22,885 nucleotides of DNA, from assembly GCA_040219255.1 (NCBI GenBank), contig JAVJSW010000032.1:1-22885 (forward strand). The letters are read 5' to 3'. The translations under genes and the position numbers were made by a program. Below, in pieces: positions 1-8,650 of the stretch (positions are counted from its first letter, which is position 1; the number at the start of each line of letters is the position of its first letter). The notes below the pieces were generated by a model. The model was not told the origin of the DNA and made no database searches. It saw only the letters and a program-made list of their open reading frames with translations. This stretch comes from Sumerlaeia bacterium. Its GTDB lineage: Bacteria > Sumerlaeota > Sumerlaeia > SLMS01 > JAHLLQ01.

Positions 1-420
1 CCGCACGCTGCCCAGGTGATCGGTCACGAAGCGGTAATACGCCCCGCCCTTCACCATCCAGTCCGGCACATGCCCCCGGCCGCCATAGACAAAATACGCG
101 ACGCTGCCGCCCGCGTCCTGCCACGCCACCGGGTTGATGAAGTCTTTGTACAGGAACCGGTCCTTGACAACGCCATTCTCCTCGCGGGCCACGCGGCGGC
201 CTTGGCCGTCGAGCACGTACGCGATTGTGCCGGACCCTAACGTCACCGACTCCAGGAATCCGCGGGAGTCGTAGGTGTATTGCGCCTCGGTCGTGGAATT
301 GAACGTCTTCTCCACGATTTCGCCGTCCATGTTGTAGGTGAACTCCACCGTTCCGCCCCGGACATGGTCGTAGTACTCGAGGTGGCGGCCGAAGCCCGGA
401 TCAGCGCTCCTTGGGGGCAT
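1..420 (-). CDS. rhs: Rhs/YD-repeat protein, N-terminally truncated (orphan-type Rhs module); runs off the left edge
   Basis: Hand translation of the minus strand from ATG 420: MPPRSADPGFGRHLEYYDHVRGGTVEFTYNMDGEIVEKTFNSTTEAQYTYDSRGFLESVTLGSGTIAYVLDGQGRRVAREENGVVKDRFLYKDFINPVAWQDAGGSVAYFVYGGRGHVPDWMVKGGAYYRFVTDHLGSVR. It has YD repeats (FTYNMDG, YTYDSRG, YVLDGQGRR) and the TDHLGSVR motif that opens the Rhs-associated core. The start is uncertain because the frame stays open to about 663. Confidence 0.88.
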   Translation of the reverse strand, partial: MPPRSADPGFGRHLEYYDHVRGGTVEFTYNMDGEIVEKTFNSTTEAQYTYDSRGFLESVTLGSGTIAYVLDGQGRRVAREENGVVKDRFLYKDFINPVAWQDAGGSVAYFVYGGRGHVPDWMVKGGAYYRFVTDHLGSVR

Positions 421-640
421 CGAACCCCGCTTCAGCGGTTCCCGGCGGGGTTGCTGGATTGGCGGGCTCCGGTGGTTGGAGGAGACAAGTCCAGCCAAGG
501 TGACCCTTTCCACAAGCCACGGCGAAATCTCTCGTGAGCATCCTTGGCCGGAAGGCTGCCCCCAATCAAGCGGGGGAGGGGCGGAAGTGCTTGCCTCCCA
601 AGGAGTTGCGTCGATTCTTCGCTTTTCGTGTTCTTTTCGC

Positions 641-670
641 TTGACGAGGGCAAACATGGTTCGCTAGAGT
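641..670 (+). promoter_or_regulatory. Putative sigma70 promoter for the DinB-family gene
   Basis: TTGACG (641-646), 18-bp spacer, TAGAGT (665-670), about 50 bp upstream of ATG 719. Confidence 0.4.
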
Positions 671-718
671 TTCGCGTATCAGCCAATGCCATTCCATTTC
701 TCTTAGGGCCTTTTCGTC

Positions 719-1219
719 ATGGACCTCATTTCCCTTCTCGCCGGCGAGTTCGAACGCGAACTCGCCATCACCCGCCGCGTCATCGACGCCATCCCCGACG
801 ACCGCTTCGATTGGAAACCGGCGGAGAAGTCTTTCTCCGTGGGCATGCTCGCCGGCCATCTGGCGGAAATCCCCGGCTGGGGGATGTCGATCATCACCAC
901 TGACCGGTTCGACGAAATGGGTGACTACAAGCCACCGACGCCAGCGAGCCGCGCCGAGGTTCTCGCCATGCTCGACGAAAACGCGGGAGGGTTTCTGCAA
1001 GCCCTGCGGGCGGCGGAGGAAGCGGCTCTGGAAGCCAACTGGGTCATGACCATGAGTGGCCAGACGTTCATCGACGATCGCCGTTACGACGTGCTGCGGA
1101 CGTGGATCTACAATCACGTGGCTCACCACCGGGGCCAACTGACGGTTTACCTGCGGCTTCTGGGCATCTCCGTGCCCGAGGTCTACGGGCCGACGGCGGA
1201 TTCCGCCATGCCGGCGTAG
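719..1219 (+). CDS. DinB/YfiT-family putative metalloenzyme
   Basis: 166 aa with TRRVIDAIPDDRFDWKP, GHLAEI and NHVAHHRGQLTVYLRLLG..VP.VYGP, giving the His triad and C-terminal signature of the DinB family. Confidence 0.9.
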   Translation: MDLISLLAGEFERELAITRRVIDAIPDDRFDWKPAEKSFSVGMLAGHLAEIPGWGMSIITTDRFDEMGDYKPPTPASRAEVLAMLDENAGGFLQALRAAEEAALEANWVMTMSGQTFIDDRRYDVLRTWIYNHVAHHRGQLTVYLRLLGISVPEVYGPTADSAMPA

Positions 1220-1321
1220 GGCCTTCGCCGACGTACCTGCGCGCCTTGCGGATTGCCACCGCGGGCGGCGCCTCGTCACCTTCGCGCGGACTATTCTTCG
1301 CGGGGGAGACGCGGCGAGCGG

Positions 1322-2896
1322 ATGAGCAGTGTCTACTGGCGGATAATCCGTACCTCCTGGTGGATGAACCGTGCCTCCTGGCTGGCAGGCGGCCAGCGCC
1401 GTCTGACGGCGCGCAACGCCCTGTTCCTGGCGATCTGGGGGGCGTGGGCGGTGACGCGCTTCGCCGGCTACATGATCGTCGACGACGACGCCATGATCTC
1501 CTTCGCCTACTCGCGCAATCTGGTGGAGGGAAACGGCTTCGTCTTCAACCCGGGCGAACGCGTTTACGGCACCACGGCGCCGCTTTTCGCGCTCTTCGCC
1601 GCCGCCGGGATGGTCCTGGGCTTCGCGCCCTGGGATTGGGTTCTGGCTTTCGATGTCCTTTGGGCGGGAGTGGTTCTATGGCGTCTTCGTCAACTCCTCG
1701 AACTCTGCGGCTGGCCAGGGGCGTTCCCCTTGGCGGGGGGCCTGCTGGTCATCGCTTTTCCCTACACGATGCCGGTGCCGGGGATGGAGACGTTCCTGTT
1801 CATCGCCCTGATCGCGAGCGCGCTGGCGTCTTGCGGGGCGTTCCTGGCGCGCGGGGGTTCGCCGGTGGCGCCGGTGGCCTGGGGCACGGGGGCGGCGCTG
1901 CTGCGCCCCGATGGCGTGCTCGTTCTCGGCGTGGTGGCGGCGTTCGTGGCGGAGCGGTTGCTGCGCGAGCGCGCCTGGCGGCGGCTGGCGTGGGCTTACG
2001 CGCCGATGCTGGCGTTGCCGATGTTCTGGCTGGCAGCGGGGGCGTGGTTCGGCGCCGTGGTGCCGCATTCGATGCAGGCCAAAGCGGCCAACACGCAGGC
2101 GGTCGATTTCCGTGGAACGTTCTGGTTCCGGCACTTGGAGTACCTCGTCTGGAGCTATCAGGCCCCCCACCTCCTCGCGCTGGGGGTGCTCGGCGGCTGG
2201 ATCGGCTGCGTCCGGCGGAAGGCGGGCCGGCCCCTCGCCGCGTTCTACCTCGTTTACTTCGGGGTTTTCGCCTTGGGCCGGGCGCCGAACGTGATCTGGT
2301 ATCGATCGCCCTTGATCGTGCTGGAGTACGCCTTCGCCGGAGCGGCGATTTTCCTCCTTGCCCGGGGGCTAGTTCGCCTTGGCGGGGGGCGGTTTTCCCG
2401 CCTTCGGGGTGTGCCCGGCGGTCCCATCGCGGTGGCAGTGCTGAGCGTGCTCCTGGCAGTGCTTCTGCTCGTTCCCCAGCGCACCGCCTGGAAGGGTTAC
2501 AGTCGCTATCTGCGGGACCTGGGGGTGGGCGGCAACCTGCGGGGGTATCGCGACGTGGCCTTGTACCTGAGCGAGAGCCGGGCGCCGGAAGACCCTCTCC
2601 CGCTCGTGGCGGCCCACGAAATCGGATACCTCGGCTACTTCCGGGCCGGCCGGGTTTTCGACCTCCAGGGCCTGGTCACGCCGCGCGTCGCCGAGGCTCG
2701 GCGCCAGAACCCGCACGCCGACCTGCTCGCCGAATCGGGGGCCGCCTGGTTCGTCTATCCGGTGGGGAACTGGGAGCCGGAGCCGCCGGAGCATCCGGTG
2801 GCGCGAAACGCCGAGGCTCTCGGCTATCGGATCCACCGGGTTTTTGTCTGGCCCGACGGCCAGGGACGGACGCTGCTATTCGAAAAAGGTCCCTGA
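1322..2896 (+). CDS. GT-C fold polytopic membrane glycosyltransferase (AftB/TfpW-like family), copy 1
   Basis: Many TM segments. DDAMISFAYSRNLVEGNGFVFNPGERVYGTTAPLF follows TM1, then GMET, RPDG, PHSMQAK, AAHEIGYLGYF and DLQGLVTP. ATG 1322 is preferred over TTG 1253; ATG 1364 is also possible. Confidence 0.8.
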   Translation: MSSVYWRIIRTSWWMNRASWLAGGQRRLTARNALFLAIWGAWAVTRFAGYMIVDDDAMISFAYSRNLVEGNGFVFNPGERVYGTTAPLFALFAAAGMVLGFAPWDWVLAFDVLWAGVVLWRLRQLLELCGWPGAFPLAGGLLVIAFPYTMPVPGMETFLFIALIASALASCGAFLARGGSPVAPVAWGTGAALLRPDGVLVLGVVAAFVAERLLRERAWRRLAWAYAPMLALPMFWLAAGAWFGAVVPHSMQAKAANTQAVDFRGTFWFRHLEYLVWSYQAPHLLALGVLGGWIGCVRRKAGRPLAAFYLVYFGVFALGRAPNVIWYRSPLIVLEYAFAGAAIFLLARGLVRLGGGRFSRLRGVPGGPIAVAVLSVLLAVLLLVPQRTAWKGYSRYLRDLGVGGNLRGYRDVALYLSESRAPEDPLPLVAAHEIGYLGYFRAGRVFDLQGLVTPRVAEARRQNPHADLLAESGAAWFVYPVGNWEPEPPEHPVARNAEALGYRIHRVFVWPDGQGRTLLFEKGP

Positions 2897-2992
2897 CGAA
2901 GCGCGGGTGCGCTTGTTGCACTTCCAGGGTTCACAAGCGGCCGGGCCGCCACCGAATCGAACAGGCGCCGGTCTTCGAAGGAGATGAGAAAA

Positions 2993-3595
2993 ATGGCGAC
3001 AAAGTCAAAGAAATCAAATGAAGGCGTTCCGAACGGAGTGAAGCTCGCAGGGGCCTTGCTGTTGGTTTTTGCGGGTGCGGCGTTCACCTATGCGCAGTAC
3101 CAAAAGGTACGGCCTGCGTCCCTGGACGAACGGGCGAATCAAACGCAGGAATTGGCGGCGGCTTCGCCCCCGGCTCCATTGGGTTCTCCTTCCCGCGAAG
3201 AGCGGCAGGCCATGCGTCAGGAGATGTTCAAGGCGCTGGACCTTTCGCCGGAGCAGCAGCGGAAAATCGAAGAGCTGGCCGCCGAGTTCGATCGCCAGGG
3301 CGATCCCCAGGATAACTTCCGGGGCCGGATGCGGGCGATGCGCGAGGTCTTGACCGAGGAGCAGGAGGCCAAAGCCCGCGAGTTGATGCCCCAGATGATG
3401 CGCAGCCGAATGCAGGAACGCCTCAAGATGCTGCCCGCCGAGGAGCGGGAGAAGTTCATGGAGAAGTTCGAGGAACGGCGGGCTCAGTGGGAAGAGCGCC
3501 GGGCGACCGGCGAAGGCCCCCGATGGGGCGGTGCCCCGGGAGGCCGCGGCGGCGCCGGCGAGGGCGGTGGACGCCGGGGCGGAGGTGAAGTGTGA
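2993..3595 (+). CDS. Membrane-anchored helical periplasmic protein, Spy/CpxP-like, with Gly/Arg-rich tail
   Basis: N-terminal hydrophobic anchor and two LTxxQ-like motifs (LDLSPEQQ, VLTEEQ) in Met/Arg/Glu-rich helices. RBS AAGGAG (2978-2983) is correctly spaced for ATG 2993. The stop overlaps the next start (TGATG). Confidence 0.6.
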   Translation: MATKSKKSNEGVPNGVKLAGALLLVFAGAAFTYAQYQKVRPASLDERANQTQELAAASPPAPLGSPSREERQAMRQEMFKALDLSPEQQRKIEELAAEFDRQGDPQDNFRGRMRAMREVLTEEQEAKARELMPQMMRSRMQERLKMLPAEEREKFMEKFEERRAQWEERRATGEGPRWGGAPGGRGGAGEGGGRRGGGEV

Positions 3596-4152
3596 TGGCG
3601 AGCAGAACCAACGCCGAAGGTTTCACACTGATCGAATTGCTGGTCGTGGTGGCGGTGATCGCGATTCTGGCGGGGATTGCGTTGCCGAACTTCCTGGAGG
3701 CTCAGACCCGCAGCAAAATCAGCCGCGCCAAGGCCGACATGCGGACCATCGCGACTGGCCTGGAAGCGTACCACGCGGACCACAACCGCTATCCGCCGAG
3801 CACGCTGGTGCCCCGTTTCGCCCGGTTGATTCCGCTGACGACGCCGGTGGCGTTCCTGTCTTCCATTCCGATGGATGTGTTCCAGGGCGAGGATTCGGGC
3901 GCGGGAGGCTTCCGGTCGCGGGGTAACTTCGCCTACGGCGCCATGCCCATCGATCAGGAATCGCGCTGGGCGTTGGCGAGCTACGGCCCGGACCTGGACA
4001 GCGATCACTCGGGCATCCAGTTCTATCCGGGAGACAGCGCCGACATTTGGGAGAACCCGGCGTCGGGCTATGATTTCACCCGTTACGATCCCACCAACGG
4101 CGTGGTGAGCGACGGCGACATCTGGCGCGTGAGCGACGTTTCGCCGGAGTGA
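3595..4152 (+). CDS. Prepilin-type N-terminal cleavage/methylation protein (GspG-like pseudopilin), copy 1
   Basis: G|FTLIELLVVVAVIAILAGIALPNFLEAQTRSK class III signal with Glu5, C-terminal YDPTNGVVSDGDI, and RBS GGAGGTG at 3581-3587. Confidence 0.9.
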   Translation: MASRTNAEGFTLIELLVVVAVIAILAGIALPNFLEAQTRSKISRAKADMRTIATGLEAYHADHNRYPPSTLVPRFARLIPLTTPVAFLSSIPMDVFQGEDSGAGGFRSRGNFAYGAMPIDQESRWALASYGPDLDSDHSGIQFYPGDSADIWENPASGYDFTRYDPTNGVVSDGDIWRVSDVSPE

Positions 4153-4162
4153 GGGTTCGGCC

Positions 4163-4555
4163 TTAGGCCAGAAGCTCTTGCGGACGGGGGTGGATGACGA
4201 GGGGCAGCTCGAGGAGTTGCTGGTCTTCGCCCTTGGCGCGAACGTAGAGCCCCAGGCACCAATGGATCTTGATGCGGTTTCCGTGATAGGACCAGGGGAA
4301 CTGGGGCGCGGTGAGGGTGAAGGTCTTGCGGAATTGGGCGTTCACCTGCTGGTCCTTGGTGAAGAGGGTTTCGCGGTGGGCGGTGGCGCGGTCCTCGTCG
4401 CCCTGGCCCTCGGTCCAATAGAGCAGATCCAGTGTGCCGCCGCGGGCGGTCCAGATGCCGTTGGCGCGGACGTTGACGGTGGCGCGGAGGGTGTCGCCGG
4501 GGCGGAACCCCGACTCGCCGCCTTCGATTTCCAGGGAAAGTTCCGGTTTGCTCAC
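4163..4555 (-). CDS. Hypothetical protein, arrestin-N/SpoOM-like beta-sandwich
   Basis: 130 aa with FRPGDTLRATV, LLYWTEGQGDED and PQFPWSYHGNRIKIHWCL. It overlaps the upstream gene (GTGA) and resembles that gene's C-terminal domain. Confidence 0.65.
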   Translation of the reverse strand: MSKPELSLEIEGGESGFRPGDTLRATVNVRANGIWTARGGTLDLLYWTEGQGDEDRATAHRETLFTKDQQVNAQFRKTFTLTAPQFPWSYHGNRIKIHWCLGLYVRAKGEDQQLLELPLVIHPRPQELLA

Positions 4556-5544
4556 GAGCGGGCCTCCAGGGGGGCGACGCGGAAGAGGAAGTCGTCTTTC
4601 ACGTCGGGGCGGTTGGGGATGTCGAGTTCGACTTTGATTTTCCAGGCGAGTTCGTTGTTGCCCAGCTTGAAGGAGTGCATCGCGTTGGGCGGGATGACGA
4701 CTTGCAGATTCGAGAAGAGGGGCTGGGTCTTGCTGGCGCGGAGGTCCGAGGCTTCCGCGAGAACTTCTTCCAGCACGTTGTGCTCAGCGGTGTGGGTGGT
4801 GGTGCCGACGCGGTAGGTGGCGCGTTCCTGGGCGATGAGGGTGATTTTGGCGGAGGTGATGGGGAAGTTGCCCGGCTGAAAGACCGTGAGGCGGGCGCGG
4901 TCGCCGGGGGCGAGGGGTTCCTTGGTCAGTTCGAGCCGCGGATCGCCCACCAGGACGGCGCGAAGGATCTGATGCACCAGTAGGGCGATCAGTCCGAGGC
5001 CGATGAGGAGGAAGATACTGATAAAGGCGAGGGCGCCCCACTTCATGCCTCCTCCCCCGGCATCGTTGAAAATGCCGATGGCAGCCGTCCAACTGATGCC
5101 ATTCCAGAAGAGCGCGAAAAACCCAATGACGAGAATGGCGCATCCGCTGCCGACGGAGGCGTTCTGGAGCACGGTGCCGAACTGGCCGGTTTTCTGGTTC
5201 TTGACGCGAGGCCAGGCGGGATGAGCGGCGAAGGCGGTGCCGGAGCCGGTGCCGATCAATTTGCCTTTCTTGTGTTCCTGCTTCCGGATGGCGAAGAGGA
5301 TGATGGCGGGAAAGGCGGCGAAGACGAGGCCGAACCCGGCCTGGCCAAAGCCGGAGGAGTCGCCATCGAAGAGGCCCTGCTTGAGACCGGACAGGAGGAA
5401 AAAGATCCCGAATCCGAAGAAGGGGAGAAAGAAAATCAGCAAACACCCGATGGGGTTCGCGTTCGCTTTGCTGGCGGAGCCAGGGGTGGGAATCGACGGC
5501 ATGGGCGGTGGCGACTCGCGTTTCTGTTGAGGTCTTGTTGTCAT
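4552..5544 (-). CDS. Membrane protein (4 TM) with C-terminal arrestin-like domain (DUF3592-associated type)
   Basis: Two TM hairpins (GCLLIFFLPFFGFG; FALFWNGISW...FISIFLLIGLGLI), then a soluble ERATYRVGT...IPPNAMHSF...LAWKIKVELDIPNRPD domain. Confidence 0.7.
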   Translation of the reverse strand: MTTRPQQKRESPPPMPSIPTPGSASKANANPIGCLLIFFLPFFGFGIFFLLSGLKQGLFDGDSSGFGQAGFGLVFAAFPAIILFAIRKQEHKKGKLIGTGSGTAFAAHPAWPRVKNQKTGQFGTVLQNASVGSGCAILVIGFFALFWNGISWTAAIGIFNDAGGGGMKWGALAFISIFLLIGLGLIALLVHQILRAVLVGDPRLELTKEPLAPGDRARLTVFQPGNFPITSAKITLIAQERATYRVGTTTHTAEHNVLEEVLAEASDLRASKTQPLFSNLQVVIPPNAMHSFKLGNNELAWKIKVELDIPNRPDVKDDFLFRVAPLEARS

Positions 5545-5775
5545 TACGCCCGAAGCGGCTCCTTATTCAAGGGTGACGACGGTGCCGATAGCGGATTCGG
5601 TGGGATGGCCGGGCGGCGGGGCTTGACAGGGAGGGGCCGGGTCTGGAATGTTAGAGGTTCGTTATGGCGGTGTTATGGCACGGTTTGTGTAACAGCTTGA
5701 ATGTTAGGACGCCTCACGAAAAAGCCGCGAGGCGAGCTTTCCCATACTTATTTTCGATTCACCTGGAGAATCTCT

Positions 5776-5979
5776 ATGAAACGCCGTATCAACCTCTTGA
5801 AACAATCCGTCCTGGCCTGCGCGCTGGCGGTGCCCTTCGCACTGTTCGCCATCGGGTGCCAGGATGGCTCGGCAGAAGAAGCGGGCGAAAACATCGATGA
5901 AGCCGCCGAGGACGTGGGGGAAGCCGCGGAAGACGCGGCTGAGGGAATCGAAGACGCGGCCGAAGACGCCACGGACTGA
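5776..5979 (+). CDS. Small acidic lipoprotein with helical repeats (stress/LEA-like)
   Basis: RBS GGAGA before ATG 5776, lipobox FAIG|C, mature part made of EAAED/DAAE repeats, followed by a strong terminator. Confidence 0.8.
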   Translation: MKRRINLLKQSVLACALAVPFALFAIGCQDGSAEEAGENIDEAAEDVGEAAEDAAEGIEDAAEDATD

Positions 5980-6003
5980 TTTCCGCCGATTCAAAGACAG
6001 AGC

Positions 6004-6056
6004 CCGCGCGGGGCGGTGAGTCATTCACGGACTTCACCGCCCCGCGCGGCTTTTTA
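6004..6056 (+). terminator. Rho-independent terminator
   Basis: Perfect 16-bp stem CCGCGCGGGGCGGTGA (6004-6019) / TCACCGCCCCGCGCGG (6034-6049), followed by CTTTTT. Confidence 0.85.
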
Positions 6057-6137
6057 GCCTTTGCGTACGGCCCCCCGCCTTGACCTAGAACGCCCCGGAG
6101 GAAACCGAGTTTCCGCCGCCACCCGAGAGGTCCTCCG

Positions 6138-7181
6138 CTGCCCCCCGAAGCCTTTGCCGAATCGCCGTTTCTGGCCGCCGTTCTCTCGTCTTTCGGCGCC
6201 ATCATGAGCCTGTACCTGGTCAGCGCCCTTGGCTTTGTGGCGGTGCGCCGGCGATGGCTGGGGGATGAAGCGATCAGCGCCCTGACGCGGCTGGTGATCG
6301 ATATCATCGTGCCGGCGACGCTGATGGTGGGAATGCTGGCGGGGCTGGACCGGAGTACGTTGGCGGAGGGCGGCGTGGTGATCCTGATCATGTTGGGGAC
6401 GACGTTGACGGGGCTGCTGTTCGGGTGGCTGGCGGGGGTGCTGTGGCCCGGGGGAACGCCGGTGTCGAATCGGGCGCTGGCGGCGCTGTGCGCGTTTCAG
6501 AATGGCATTTATCTTCCGCTGCCGCTGGTGCTGTCGCTGATTCCGGAAGAGCAGCATGCGCGGGGTGCGGTGCTGGTGGGCTGCGCGGTGATTGTGTTGT
6601 CGTCGATCCAGTGGACGCTGGGGGTTTGGTTGCTGAGGAGCGACGATCAATTGGCGGTGGCGCGCACGGCGAAATGGCGCGATTCGGTGCGGGGGGCGTT
6701 TTCGCCGCCGGTGACGGGGCTGCTGATCGGGGCGGTGCTGGCGGGGATTGCGCCGCTGGCGCAGGCGGCCCGGGATGTGCCGTCGGCGCCGCTGTGGGCT
6801 CAGATCGTGGTGGATACGTTGCAGACGATCGCTCAGGCGATGGCGCCGCTGGCGATGATGCTGCTGGGGATGTTGATCGGGCGGTCGGAATTGCGGCGGG
6901 TGCTGACGCTGAGGTCGGTGGCGATCCCGAGCCTGTGGCGGTTGATTGTCGCTCCGGCGCTGGTGTACGCGGCGATGGAGTTGGGGCCGCTGGGGTGGAT
7001 TGGGTCGCTGGTGGGGCTGGTGCTGCTGGTCGAGGCGGCGGCGCCTCCGGCGGTGAACCTGGGCGTGGCGGCGCGGCGCTATGGGGGCGACTGGGAGACG
7101 ACGTCGTCGGTGATGCTGCCGATGTACGCGTTGTCGCTGCTGACGATTCCGGTGTGGGTGGCGCTGGCGCTGGGGCGATAG
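6138..7181 (+). CDS. AEC (auxin efflux carrier) family transporter
   Basis: About 10 TM segments with FQNGIYLPLPLV, FSPPVTGLLIG, MAPLAMMLLG and EAAAPPAVN...ARRYGGD motifs. The start is either ATG 6204 or the in-frame CTG 6138 behind RBS GAGAGG. Confidence 0.88.
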   Translation: MPPEAFAESPFLAAVLSSFGAIMSLYLVSALGFVAVRRRWLGDEAISALTRLVIDIIVPATLMVGMLAGLDRSTLAEGGVVILIMLGTTLTGLLFGWLAGVLWPGGTPVSNRALAALCAFQNGIYLPLPLVLSLIPEEQHARGAVLVGCAVIVLSSIQWTLGVWLLRSDDQLAVARTAKWRDSVRGAFSPPVTGLLIGAVLAGIAPLAQAARDVPSAPLWAQIVVDTLQTIAQAMAPLAMMLLGMLIGRSELRRVLTLRSVAIPSLWRLIVAPALVYAAMELGPLGWIGSLVGLVLLVEAAAPPAVNLGVAARRYGGDWETTSSVMLPMYALSLLTIPVWVALALGR

Positions 7182-7216
7182 GTGACGGGAGGGTTTTCCT
7201 GATTCTTCGGGAAATG

Positions 7217-7244
7217 ACCACAGAGTCACAGAGGGCACAGAGAA
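7217..7244 (+). repeat. CACAGAG x3 intergenic REP-like arm, copy 1
   Basis: ACCACAGAGTCACAGAGGGCACAGAGAA, with units at 7219, 7227 and 7236. It matches the reverse complement of 11073-11100 at 25/28. Confidence 0.75.
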
Positions 7245-7334
7245 AGTTGATAAGAGGGTGGTTAGGGTTACTTTATAGGGCCCGTCAATCTTCTACTTCA
7301 CTGCCGGTTCGTGTGGCTCTTGGCTCCGCGGCGT

Positions 7335-8408
7335 TTACTCAAATACCATCACCCGCTCGACGAAGACATCAAGGCCGAGGCTGCCGGGGGGCATGGCGAG
7401 GGCTTCGAGGACGAGTTGGCCATCGGGGTTGGGCTCGGGGAGGGTGACTTCGACCACGAGGCCGGGGACCATGGGGACGACGGCGAAGAGGTTGGCGGTG
7501 GCGAGGAGTTGGCCGTCGGCGTTGCGGATTCCGGCGAGGGCGCCGCGGGGTGTGTGGGCGAAGCGCAGGCCGATGCGGCGGGCGCCGGTGAGTTCGGGCG
7601 CGGAAATCAGGATGCGCTCGCCTTCGGAGGCGGCGCGCCAGCCGGCGACTTGGGGAAAGGGCGTTTCCGGGTTGTAGCCGACGCGTTCGTCCTTGGGCAG
7701 GGGGCGCGGGCCCAGCGGCGTGTGGTACAGGTCGGCCAGGTGGGCGTCGACGGCGTGGGCCAGCAGGGGCTTGTCGTCGTCGTCGCGGGGGGCGACGCGG
7801 CGCATGGCGTCCTGGAGTTCGGGCCCTGCGAGAGCGAAGGCGCTTTCTGGAAAAACGAAGCGGCGCAGGTGTTCGTTGCGCAGGGCGACGAGGCGGCGCT
7901 GGCCGGCGACGGGCCATTGGGGCGCGCGGGCGAGGGTGACCTGGAGGCGGCGCTCGGGGTCGATGGGGGGCAGAGACTCGCCCTCAAGCCGCAGGACCGT
8001 GGGCGCGCCGAGCCAGGAGGAGAACTGGCCCACGCGCAGCCTCAGCGTGCCGGTGGTGACGACTTCCGAGAGGACCTGGCCATCGGGGGGCAGGAGGCTG
8101 GCGACTTCGCCGGGGTAGTCCTTGGCGTTGGGGCGCGGCCCCCAGTTGTCCCATCGCGCGCGCAGGACGGGCGTGGCGGGGATGCGGGCGGGAAAACCGC
8201 GGACGATCAGGCGGTCGCCGGGGAGCGCCGAAAAGCCGGTGGGTAGCGCCAAGTCGGTCTCGCCGCCACCGGCCAATTCGCCCGCCCGGATTTCCCAGCG
8301 CTCGACCACTTCGCCCTCGTCGCGCACCGGCGCCGGGTCCTGGGCCCGGGCGAAGCCGGGCAGGAGGAGGGCGAGGAGGAGCAGAAGGGGCAGGGTCGCA
8401 GGCTTCAT
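7335..8408 (-). CDS. Secreted hypothetical protein
   Basis: 357-aa ORF with clear signal peptide MKPATLPLLLLLALLLPGFARA|QD; no recognisable family. Confidence 0.75.
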   Translation of the reverse strand: MKPATLPLLLLLALLLPGFARAQDPAPVRDEGEVVERWEIRAGELAGGGETDLALPTGFSALPGDRLIVRGFPARIPATPVLRARWDNWGPRPNAKDYPGEVASLLPPDGQVLSEVVTTGTLRLRVGQFSSWLGAPTVLRLEGESLPPIDPERRLQVTLARAPQWPVAGQRRLVALRNEHLRRFVFPESAFALAGPELQDAMRRVAPRDDDDKPLLAHAVDAHLADLYHTPLGPRPLPKDERVGYNPETPFPQVAGWRAASEGERILISAPELTGARRIGLRFAHTPRGALAGIRNADGQLLATANLFAVVPMVPGLVVEVTLPEPNPDGQLVLEALAMPPGSLGLDVFVERVMVFE

Positions 8409-8590
8409 GGGCTGGACAATGGCGGATGCGGGGCGCCGGGAGAAAGAGGTTTTGTGGGGCGCGGGGAAGTTCCAAGAACCACATTTCGACGTAGAGGATG
8501 GAGTTCTTGCGGAGGCGTTCTGAAGGGGCTTTTACTGTCAGGAGTCGCTGTTCATGCGACGGGTTCGGGCTTGGGCTGCGGCTGGCGGGT

Positions 8591-8613
8591 CACGGGCGGG
8601 ACGCCCGTGCTAC
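8591..8613 (-). repeat. GTAG-tagged REP palindrome
   Basis: The minus strand reads GTAG-CACGGGCG-TCC-CGCCCGTG, a GTAG tag followed by a perfect 8-bp stem. It lies just downstream of the amidase stop. Confidence 0.75.
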
Positions 8614-8650
8614 TTTTTTCAAGCGGGTGCTACAGTTTCTAAACGAGGAT

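Noticed and set aside
615-642. TTCG-rich stretch as another periodic repeat arm
   Set aside because: Irregular spacing (7, 11) and no second copy in the window.
1102-3021. 639-aa plus-strand ORF
   Set aside because: Arg/Gly/Pro-rich alternative-frame shadow of the GT-C gene, typical of high-GC DNA.
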